A DNA stretch of 43,807 bases, filler included, from Jimgerdemannia flammicorona (taxonomy: Eukaryota), in NCBI GenBank assembly GCA_003990765.1. It is 2 parts of 2 records of this genome, joined end to end, with 100 filler letters (N's around TTAATTAATTAA, not from the genome) between each part and the next. Parts side by side here need not be neighbours in the genome. Positions count along the whole stretch, not along the records: positions 1 to 21,857 come from RBNJ01001380.1; positions 21,958 to 43,807 come from RBNJ01001381.1. One strand, 5' to 3'. Shown here piece by piece: positions 13,569-22,519 of the stretch. Each line of letters opens with the position of its first letter. The stretch's first letter is position 1. Both the position numbers and the translations under genes were made by a program. The notes under the pieces were generated by a model. That model was not told where the DNA came from. It ran no database searches and saw only the letters and a list, made by a program, of their open reading frames with translations.

Positions 13569-13791
13569 AGATTCTGAGGTCTGGGGGAGGGGGTATTTAT
13601 ACTAATGAGAGGCTATCTGGACTATGCTAAATATGGATGTAGCACTAAGTGCCTTGCTGAGTCAGAATGCAGTCATGTAGTAGAAGTGTGATCTGACATA
13701 TCAAAGAGATCATCTGACTGCTGAGTCAGTTCACAGTCACATTATATGAGGCTAATCTAACTATACTATGACTGCTAAGCTATTTATAGGT

Positions 13792-14888
13792 TTAGACACT
13801 ATCTGGGTAGTCTTTGGTGATATCACCATTGATGATATCATCTCTGATGAAGTAGTCATCTAGGAAAAGTAGTTTGCAGATTCCTTCTCCTTATTTGCTA
13901 AGGTAATAATATATTGGAACTTTATCACTATCTCACAGAATAGCATCATCTGTCTCATATGCTGGATAAGGTGTTGGTGGGCAGAGGAGAGGTGCATTGC
14001 CTTCACTTTCATCAGATTCACTGTCTGCATACCTTTTATAGGTTATAGCACTATGAGTTACTGGGTTGTAGTAAGCTGGTGGCTGTGGTTCATATCATTT
14101 GTACTCAGGTAGTGGAGTGGTTGATTCAATCTCGAGGGTTGTCTGGAGGTACAGGTTGTGTTCTCTGGTCTCTTCATTATAGTTGAAGTAATCGAGGGTG
14201 AATGTGGGTTAGTATTCATATCAGTAGTCATTGTCCCAATAAGTCTCATAGATAGTTATGAACTATTGTAAGTTCATTAGTAAGGTTGGTAGTATGATCA
14301 GAGTTGGCAGAGATCCTTAGCTAGAGGTCATGTCAGTATCAGAGGAATCATTGTCTTCTGCTTCATCTTCATCGAACCAGATTATATCATAGACATCCTT
14401 TATAGCATATCTGACTTGAGGCATTTGCAGGATATGGTCATCCAGGTGTGGGAAGGTTCTGTCTGTGGTTTCAATGTACTCAAGGTACTTGTGGTTGAGT
14501 TCTTGTATTATGTTGTCAATTTGGCCATAGATAGGGTAGCAACTATTTCGCTAGTAGTAACTCGAAGATGGAGAATAAAGGTACTGTACTCATAGAAGAG
14601 TTCTCTGTATTTGTGGGCAATGAGTTTCTGGTGTTGGGACATCTGAATAATATCTGTATTATGATGGTGTTCAACCATATCTTCCAGGAGGTGGCTGATC
14701 TAGTAGTAGCTTGAGATTTGTCCAATCTGGTAGGCCTCATTAAGCATGTTCAGAGTGTTCCATCGGACTTCCATGAAGTAAAGGGGTACTAAGCTATAGA
14801 TATTTATGAGGGGTAGAGGGGGTGTGGCTTGATTGACAATAACATTCCAAATGTCAGCGCAGATGCAGTTATAGATCTTGGTGGTCAT
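13792..14888 (-). pseudogene. LTR-embedded ORF of Gypsy-1 (~365 aa, acidic, unknown function)
   Basis: Reads MTTKIYNCICADIWN...DITKDYPDSV* with one 1-nt deletion near 14530. Every stop is explicable as a C-to-T/G-to-A change, and several are sense codons in the other two LTR copies. Confidence 0.75.
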
Positions 14889-15175
14889 ATTGTGTATTTG
14901 GAAGTTGTGGTTGTTATTTGTTTTAGTTCTCTGTTTCAATGTATCTCAGTACTCAGTATATATGCATTTGGTCCTGATTGGTAAGATTCTGTTTGTATGA
15001 ATCTTATGTTCTATAACTTCATATTGACTCAGCTTTGTGTATTATGACTTTGGTTTGACTCAGCTTCATGATTGAGCAGGTGATTTCCAGATTTGTTCAG
15101 AGGTCATATGTGATTTCAGTGGCTTATTCAGAGGGTGACATGTGATTTCGGTGGCTTGGAGGTTGTGTGCTTATA

Positions 15176-15432
15176 TCTTCTCTACTAAAGTCTCCTCTAC
15201 TAAAGTCCTCTCTGCTGAAGTCTCCTCTATCAAAGTCTTCTCTATCAAAGCTCTCTCTGTCAAAGCCCTCTCTGCCAAAGTTCTCTCTACTGAAACCTTC
15301 TCTATCAAAGCCCTCTCTACTAAAACTCTCTCTGCTGAAATTCTCTCTACTGAAGTCCTCTTTACTGAAGTCTCCTCTGCTGAAGTTCTCTCTACTAAAG
15401 TCCTCTTTACTGAGATTCTCTTTGTCAAAATC
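15176..15432. repeat. 15-bp tandem repeat (~17 copies, consensus ~CTCTCTACTAAAGTC)
   Basis: Directly visible periodicity. Explains the spurious SLLKS-repeat ORFs. Confidence 0.9.
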
Positions 15433-15499
15433 CCCTACCAGTAGCCTTACTGCTCAACTATAGTCTTACTACATAACTATGAGCTAGCAAATAATAAGC

Positions 15500-15652
15500 T
15501 AATAAATAGTATAAATATGATAAATATAAATATAGTGAGTGTGAATATAGCAGACATGAATATAGTAGGTGCAAATATAGTAAGTAGACATGAATATAGA
15601 GAGTATAAATATAGTGTGTATGAATAAAGTAAGCATGAATATAGCAGATAGT
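15500..15652. repeat. Degenerate ~15-bp tandem repeat (ATGAATATAG core)
   Basis: Units gtgaatatagcagac, atgaatatagtaggt, ataaatatagtgtgt, atgaatatagcagat. Confidence 0.75.
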
Positions 15653-15696
15653 TTTTGCAGATAGAGGTCTCAGTAGTGTATCAGAGACTGGCTGTG

Positions 15697-16099
15697 TGTA
15701 ATGGTTCTAGTTTCTAAATGAGGAAGCGACTTAATTCTGGTAGTCCTAAGTAGCTTGAAGAGATACTAAGGATTCAAGTGTTCTCAAAGGATTTCTGGGA
15801 GAAAATATTCTGAGCTTTATTCATGAGAACAAAGGGAATATTTATACAAGATCTGAAAGAAGGATCTGGAAGGATCTGAGAAATCAAAGGAAAATGCCAA
15901 GAGGAAAGTTCTCGGCAAAGATGACAAATGATGACAAATAAAGTTCTACAAGTTTCCAGGACATTCAGTGACTAACTAAATAAGTACTAGTTAATGCTCG
16001 GTGCCAAGAAAGGATTTCTAAGCATTTGGAAAGTACCAGAAGGTCATAGAATATTGGAGAAAGACAAAGAAAAGGAATAAACTATGCTAAAATATTACA
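15697..16099 (-). repeat. Gypsy-2 3' LTR
   Basis: About 15 substitutions versus 21326-21728 by manual comparison. PPT AAGGAGGGAGAGA is adjacent on the minus strand. Confidence 0.97.
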
Positions 16100-16412
16100 T
16101 CTCTCCCTCCTTAAGAATCAACATCCTTGTTGAATTCTCAAAGTTACACATGATAAACAATAAGACTAAAAGAAACTTCAAATTAAATATACCGACTCAT
16201 TGGCAAGGATTGGCCATCCTTGTATAAGGCAAGGGCCAAAGTATCATCTTGATTGGATGAGAACTGGTTCGAACCTCATTGGTTGCAGGATTTATAGGGT
16301 TCTCCTGTATCTCTTGCTTCTGATGCTGTATCCCTTAGAGAGCCCCGATGCGTAATGTGCCTGATCAGCACAGTAGGTCATCTACTATTCAAGGGGAGAA
16401 CCTCATGGGCAG

Positions 16413-19400
16413 TCAATGAGTTCCTTTTTGCTCGAACTCTTGGATGAGGTCTTGGGAGTTCTTGAGATTGGCAGCAGGTTCCCAGGTGGCGTCATATTCA
16501 GGGTAACCCATCCACTTGACTAGGTATTCTGTGCGACGGTATCAGACTCATTTGTCTAAGATTTTCTTGACTTCATACTTGATGTAATCTTCAACTATAA
16601 CTGGTGCTGATAGCATCGGAATTCGGCCAGGGTATAGGGGTGACTGGTTCCAGGTCTTGAGTTGTGACATATGGAATACTGGATGTATACACATGGTTGT
16701 TGGCAAGTTGAGATAGTAAGACCAGGTAGAGACTTGCTCGGTGATCTCGAAGGGTCTAAGGTACTTGGGCTGGAATTTGGCTGACTGGCGGTTGACTTGA
16801 GATTGAGCCTTGATGTTGTTGGCTTTGAGTAGAACCATATCGCCAATGTTGTATATAACATCTCGCCGCTTCTTATCTGTATACTTAGCTTGATGTTGCT
16901 GAGCCTTTTGCAGGTTCGTAGTGGCGATCTTGAGAAGGGAATCCATTTTGTCGATAAGGTTCTGGGCTGTGGGGACTTGTGTGTAACTGGATTGCTGGAA
17001 TTGGACTAGACTTGCAGGGGTCTCGGGGTTTTGACCGTGAAGTAGCTGAAATGGGGAAAGACCCGTTGATGATTGGTTGGCATTATTGTAGGCGAACTCG
17101 GCATAAGTCAGATAGTGGTCCCAATCATCTTGCTCATAGGACACGTAGTTTCTGAGCATTTGTTCAAGTGTTCTGTTCATTCGCTCTGTCTGTCCATCAG
17201 TTTGAGGATAGAAGGCCATAGACATAGCAATTTGGGTTCCCAGGGTCTTGAAAAGTGCTTGCCAGAAGTGACTTGTGAACTTGGGGTCGCGGTCACTGAT
17301 AATTACTCAGGGAAGTCCATAATGGCAGAAGACAGTCTTGAAGAAGATTCTTGCAATTTCTGGGGCAGTGGCATTGGTTGTGGTTGGCTCGGCGATTGTA
17401 ATCTTGGTGAGACAGTCCACAAACACAACAATAGCATCATAGCCTGTTTTGGTTCGTGGGAGTTATACAATGAAGTCCATTGTGACTTGTTCGAACTTCT
17501 TGGTTAGAATTGACAAGGGTTGTAGAAGACCGGCAGGTGCTTGGTTGCTTGACTTATTTCTTTGGCAAAGATTGCAGCTTTGGACATACTCCTTAATTTC
17601 CTTGAGCATGTTTGGCCAGTAGTAGTCTCGTTGGATATTCTTGATGGTCTTCTCAGTTCCAAGGTGGCCAGTTAGTGGGGAGTCATGGTGTTCATGGAGA
17701 ATCTTGTACCATAGTTCAGGGTTGGCAGGAATATATACTTTGTTTTGATAGTATACGAGGTTGTCCTTGATGGTGTACTTTTCCTTGAATTCCTTGGTGT
17801 TCCTTTGTAGAACCAGAGAGTCTTGTTCGTATGGCTTCTTGATCTGATTGAGGAATTCAGGTGCCATGGTGACTTGTAAAATTGCGGCAAGGTCAGGTCT
17901 CCTTGAAAGTACATCTGGTACAACTAGAGTTTTGCCAGACTTATAGATGATGTTTGGGATAAAGGTCTGAAGCAGTTGACTCCACTTGGCTTATTGGCGA
18001 GAAAGGGTTGGTTGAGTGTTGATATACTGAAGGAATCTGTGATCAGTGATTACATCGAACTCAACTCCTTCTAGATAGTGTCACCAGGTCTTGAGGGCAT
18101 GTATGATTGCCAGGAGTTCCTTTTCATGAGTAGCCAGCTTTTGTTCTGCTGGGGACAATTTTCTTGACTCAAAGGCAATAGGTCAGTGTCCTTGACCATC
18201 ATCTTGAGAAATGACTGCACCAATGGCAAAGTTAGATACATCTATAGTGACCGTGAACTTTAAGTTTGGGTCTATGTTTCTAAGGACAGGTGCATGGGTC
18301 AGGCAGTTCTTGAGTTCTTGAAAAGCTTGTTGACAGAAGGCATCCCAGATGTAGGGGACATAGAGGTCAGAGTTGGGTTTCTTTCGCAGGAGGTTTGTCA
18401 GAGATTCTGCGATGCCAGAGAAGTTCTTGACAAATCGATGGTAGTATCCAGCTAGACCAAGGAAGGACCTGAGTTCAGTGAGGTTTGCTGGTACAGGCCA
18501 CTGTTCAATGGCTTGTATTTTCCTTGGGTCTACTTGAATTCCTTTGGCTGATACAATGTGTCTAAGATATTTGACTTGTTCCTTGAAAAATTCACATTTC
18601 TTGAGCTTTGCATAGAGCTTGTTCTCGTGGAGGATCTTGAGGACTTGTTCGATATGCTTGAGGTGTTCTTCTTCAGTGCTACTGAAGATCAGGATGTCAT
18701 CAATGTACACGAGTACAAAGATATAAAGCTGGTCCTTAAAGACAGTTTGCATGAGGTCTTGAAAGGTTGCTGGCACATTGGTGAGACCAAAGGCCATGAC
18801 TAGAAACTCGTAGAGTCCAAAGGGTGTCATGAAGGCAGTCTTGGGTATGTCTTCTGGCTTGATTTGAATTTGGTGATACCCAGAGGTGAGATCAATCTTG
18901 GTGAAGTACTTTGCATTCTTGAGAGCATTAATGATTTGATCTATGAGCGGTAGTGGATAGTGGTTCTTGACAGTGATCTTGTTGAGTGCTCGGTAGTCTA
19001 TGCACATTCGCAGAGTATTATCCTTTTTCTTGACAAATAGGACTGGGGAGCCAAAGGGTGACTTGCTTGGCTGAATGGCTCCTCATTCAATGATTTTATT
19101 GAGTTCCTTCTTGACTGCTTCAATTTCGAGTGGAGACATACGGTACATTTTCTTCTTAGGTATAGCTGCATCAGGTACCAACTTGATTTCGTGGTCATGG
19201 TCTCTTGAAGGTGGTAGACCAGGTAGTTTGTCTGGGAAGACATCCTTGTACTTATTCAGCAGTAACTTAATGCTTTCATCAATTGATAGCTTCTTGTCTT
19301 CTTTCTTTGGTCGGATCAGTGCCACAAAGGTGCAGGTAGCTTTCTTGAGGGCCTTCTTGAACTGGATTGCTGAAAGGGTAGCAATTGGGGTTCTCATCTG

Positions 19401-21257
19401 AGTCTTGTCTGGCTTGATGGTAATATTGACTCCATCTTGAATCAAGGTGACTTCATTCTTGGTCCAATCAATCTGAGGGTTGTGCCATGTAAGCCAGGGT
19501 TTGCCTAGGATCAGGTCATGGTCTCCTAGTGGTGCTACCTCGAAATCTAAATGTTCCCAGTACTTCTGGATCTTGAGGGGAAGTTTAGCAGCAATTGAGT
19601 CAATTGGTAAGGTGGTGCCATCCGCAGTGACAACTCCACCATTCTTGCCAGCTGGTTTGGTGAGAATCTTGAGCTTGTCAATGAGGTTCTTGTTGATGAA
19701 GTTCCCAACAGCTCCGCTGTCTATGAGAACATCTAGTTCTTGTCCCTTGACTAGATCTTTGAAAATGAGCATTGAATTGGCTCGGTTCTCAGCTATGCTT
19801 GCAACTTTGTCAGTGCTGCCAAAGCCTTTCTGATCTCACTTAGTGGAAGACAGCTTGGTAACTTCTTTGACAACTGGTAGGGTGGCTCACTCCAGGATGA
19901 GCTGTGCAATTCTATCTCCTTCATTGATGGTATATGGCTGGTTCTTGTGGTTGACTAGCAGAACTTGCATTTCACCTTGGAAGTCAGAGTCTATGACTCC
20001 AGCACTAACATCCAATGAGTGCTTGAAGCTGAGACCAGATCTTGGTGCAATTCTTACATAATATTCCTTGGGGATTTCGACTGAAAGGCCAGTTGGAATG
20101 AGCCTTCTTTCATGTGCCGGAATAGTGACTTGTTGTACTGCTTGAAGGTCCAAACCGATGGCTCCTTCTGACTGTGCTTGAGGGATCTGAGCCTTGGGGT
20201 TGACTCGCATAAAATTGAGTACAACTTCTTGTTCAACTGGTTGACCTTGAGTGTCTTTGGACAGGACCAGGATCCTCTTTGGTTCCGCAGTTTTCTTGGG
20301 ACATTTGGTTGCAATGTGACCAGGCTGATGGCAAAAAAAGCAGGCTCCAGCCTTCTTGAGGCGCTCCTTTTCCTCAGGTGTAAGCTTGCCTTTCTTGCTC
20401 TTGTCGATGGTGTCTAGGTCCATGGGGGCAGGTCCAACAGTTCTGACTTTGGGTTCCTCCCTTCTGTGGTTGTTGTTGTTGTTGAAAGGCGGTCTCTTCT
20501 GTTCAAAGTGGTAACCATAGGTGATGACATCAAACCTATCAGCAATTTTCATTGCTGTGTCTAGGTCCTTGGGTTCTTCTAGTTCAACATGAACTCAGGT
20601 TTGACCTTTCAAACCTCAGATGTACTTGTCAACCTTCTCGTCTTCAGTGACATGTGGTAATTCTAGCAGGATTGACAGGAATTGTGTATTGTATGCTTGC
20701 ACAGACTTGAGTTGTTTGATGTTTGCCAGACAGTCTCGTGCAGCCTTGGTGCTGTTGACTGGTTCGAATTGGCCTTGAATTGCATCAGAGAATTCGCCCC
20801 AGGTCTTGATTCGGCCAGAGAATCTGGTATTCTGGACATGATTTCACCACCAGATTGCAGCATTCCCTCAGAGAAGTGTGGCAGCAAATTGGACTAGTGT
20901 TGTTTCTTCCAAATTGGTCAGTTCTCTATATTGCTCCAATTGGAAAAGCTAGGCGTTGGTAGACAGTCCTCCTCTTTGACCATCAAAGGTGTTGGGCTTC
21001 TGAGGCTTGATAGTGACTGCTGTCAGATGTATTGATGTCAGTGGAGGTACGGAGGTATGAGCAGAGGCCTTGCTTTCCTTTCTTTCTATGCATTCTTGAA
21101 GTTGGGCAATCTGAGCTAATGTAGTTTGCAAAAGACTCTCGATGGACCCGGTTGACTGGGTGGGGATTGGCTGTTCCTCTTCTTTTTCTTGCTGATGGTA
21201 AGAGGCATTGCCTGGACCGTAGGTACTGTATGAAGGATTCCACCCATTGTCCTCCAT
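16413..21257 (-). pseudogene. Gypsy-2 single-frame gag-dUTPase-PR-RT-RH-IN-chromodomain polyprotein (1614 codons, nonsense-interrupted)
   Basis: ORFs 20949-21257, 19887-20552 (CFFCHQPGHIATKC), 19083-19772 (LIDSGAVGNF), 18183-19007 (YIDDILIF), 17463-17867 (HH..GH..CNLC) and 16548-17225 (QTDGQTER) are all in one frame. Chromodomain YEVKKIL..YLVKWMGY..ATWEP ends at TGA 16413-16415. Confidence 0.95.
19808..20220 (-). pseudogene. dut: dUTPase domain of Gypsy-2, between zinc knuckle and protease
   Basis: Motifs GAIGLDL, RIAPRSGL, GVIDSDFQGE, GDRIAQL and KGFGST. Confidence 0.95.
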
Positions 21258-21311
21258 AGTGTTATAACTGATATCTTGAGAGGTGTCTTGATAAGGCTAG
21301 ATGTAACTTCA

Positions 21312-21323
21312 CCACTGCTACCA
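21312..21323 (-). other. Primer-binding site of Gypsy-2 (initiator tRNA-Met type)
   Basis: TGGTAGCAGTGG, 2 nt from the 5' LTR. Confidence 0.85.
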
Positions 21324-21325
21324 AG

Positions 21326-21728
21326 TGTAATAGTTCTAGTTTCTAAATGAGGAAGCGACTTAATTCTGGTGGTCCTAAGTAGCTCAAAGAGATACTAAGG
21401 ATTCAAGTATTCTCGAAGGATTTCTGGGAGAAAATATTCTGAGCTTTATTCATGAGAACAAAGGGGATATTTATACAAGATCTGAAAGAAGGATCCAGAA
21501 GGATCTGAGAAATCAAAGGAAAATGCCAAAAGGAAAGTTCTCGGCAAAGATGACAAATGATGACAAATAAAGTTCTACAAGTTTCCAGGACATTCAGTGA
21601 CTAACTAAATAAGTACTAGTTAATGCTCAGTACCAAGAAAGGATTTCTAAGTATTTGGAAAGTACCAGAAGGTCATAGAATATTGGAGAAAGACAAAGAA
21701 AAGGAATAAACTACGCTAAAATGTTACA
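21326..21728 (-). repeat. Gypsy-2 5' LTR
   Basis: Direct repeat of 15697-16099, followed by TSD CTGTG. Confidence 0.97.
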
Positions 21729-21857
21729 CTGTGAAAGGTCTACCTTCAGAGAGAACAGATATGTGATAATGCTGATCAGGAAGCTGAGCCACTCCCAACT
21801 AGTCTCATAGGTAACATAGAGTCTCAGCAGTATAAAGTCTGAGTGGTATGAAATCTT

Positions 21858-21957
21858 NNNNNNNNNNNNNNNNNNNNNNNNNNNNNNNNNNNNNNNNNNN
21901 NTTAATTAATTAANNNNNNNNNNNNNNNNNNNNNNNNNNNNNNNNNNNNNNNNNNNN
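21858..21957. other. Artificial assembly gap/linker (44 N + TTAATTAATTAA + 44 N)
   Basis: Exactly 100 bp and symmetric, with a palindrome that places stops in all six frames. Confidence 0.95.
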
Positions 21958-22508
21958 CCTCCCCCCCTACCCCTTTCCAGTGAAAGACCACTTTATCAAA
22001 CACCATTTCCACCCACCCACCACTCTGTCTACAGATCCCTTCCATCAGTTGGCGATGACGCCCACCTTGGGGCTTGGCAGTCCTGTTACCATCAGTTATC
22101 ATGCTCTCCCCAGCCACTACTCCCTCAGCTCCACTGCTCTCACCACTAAGGACTACTCCCCCATGAACTGCTGTCTTCTCCATCTCCTTGCCTTTTCTCA
22201 GCCAACCCTCTAACCCAGATGTCTGCTGCCTCACCTTCACTATCTCCACAAAGCTCACCCTCCCAGACCCCTGTCCACCACCACTGCCTCCTCCCCCTCC
22301 TTGTCCTCTTGCCAACAGCCCCCTCATGCCTCCCCCCAGACCAGGACCTCTCTCCACCTGCTGCCAGTCAAATGTACTAGGGCTGCCCTGCCCAGTATGC
22401 ACCCCAGATTGCTTGCTGTTTGTCATTGTCTTAGTATCTTTCTCCAATAAATGACTTAAAAGTATATTGTAAAAGTGTGTGTAATGTGAATAGTAGCTGA
22501 GAAAGGTC
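21958..22508 (-). mobile_element. Internally deleted LINE (LINE-C): 5' UTR and ORF1 start joined in frame to the ORF2 3' end
   Basis: 22070-22430 matches the ORF1 N-terminus of LINE-B (~27130-27480). 21958-22069 matches the LINE-A ORF2 end (~78-189: GICKQSGGQVEMVFDKVVFH). Confidence 0.85.
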
Positions 22509-22519
22509 ATTGTTTGGTT

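Larger units (their letters stand above)
5853..15175 (-). mobile_element. Ty3/Gypsy chromodomain LTR retrotransposon with dUTPase and long ORF-bearing LTRs (Gypsy-1), decayed
   Basis: 5' LTR 13053-15175, PBS 13038-13049, gag-dUTPase-PR-RT-RH-IN-chromodomain remnants, PPT 6541-6554, and a 3' LTR (5853-6540) truncated by LINE-A. Confidence 0.92.
13053..15175 (-). repeat. Gypsy-1 5' LTR (2123 bp)
   Basis: Termini TATAAG...CTTATA are a perfect inverted repeat, decayed from TGTAAG...CTTACA. The PBS is adjacent. Matches 5853-6540 and 29957-30967. TATAAATA box at 13594-13601 (minus). Confidence 0.88.
15697..21728 (-). mobile_element. Complete Ty3/Gypsy chromodomain LTR retrotransposon with dUTPase (Gypsy-2), 6032 bp
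   Basis: Two 403-bp TGTAA...TTACA LTRs, 5-bp TSD CTGTG (15692-15696 and 21729-21733), PBS 21312-21323, PPT 16100-16113, single-frame polyprotein. Confidence 0.97.

Noticed and set aside
15142..15463. Three overlapping repetitive ORFs (SLLKS / ERTL repeats)
   Set aside because: By-products of a 15-bp tandem array, open in several frames on both strands.
19808..20220. dUTPases as host DUT1 genes or viral genes
   Set aside because: All are in frame within retroelement polyproteins and share their decay pattern.
21858..21957. Palindrome TTAATTAATTAA within Ns as a biological site
   Set aside because: A symmetric 100-bp six-frame-stop linker is an assembly artefact. It also gives ORF 21902-22510 a false end.
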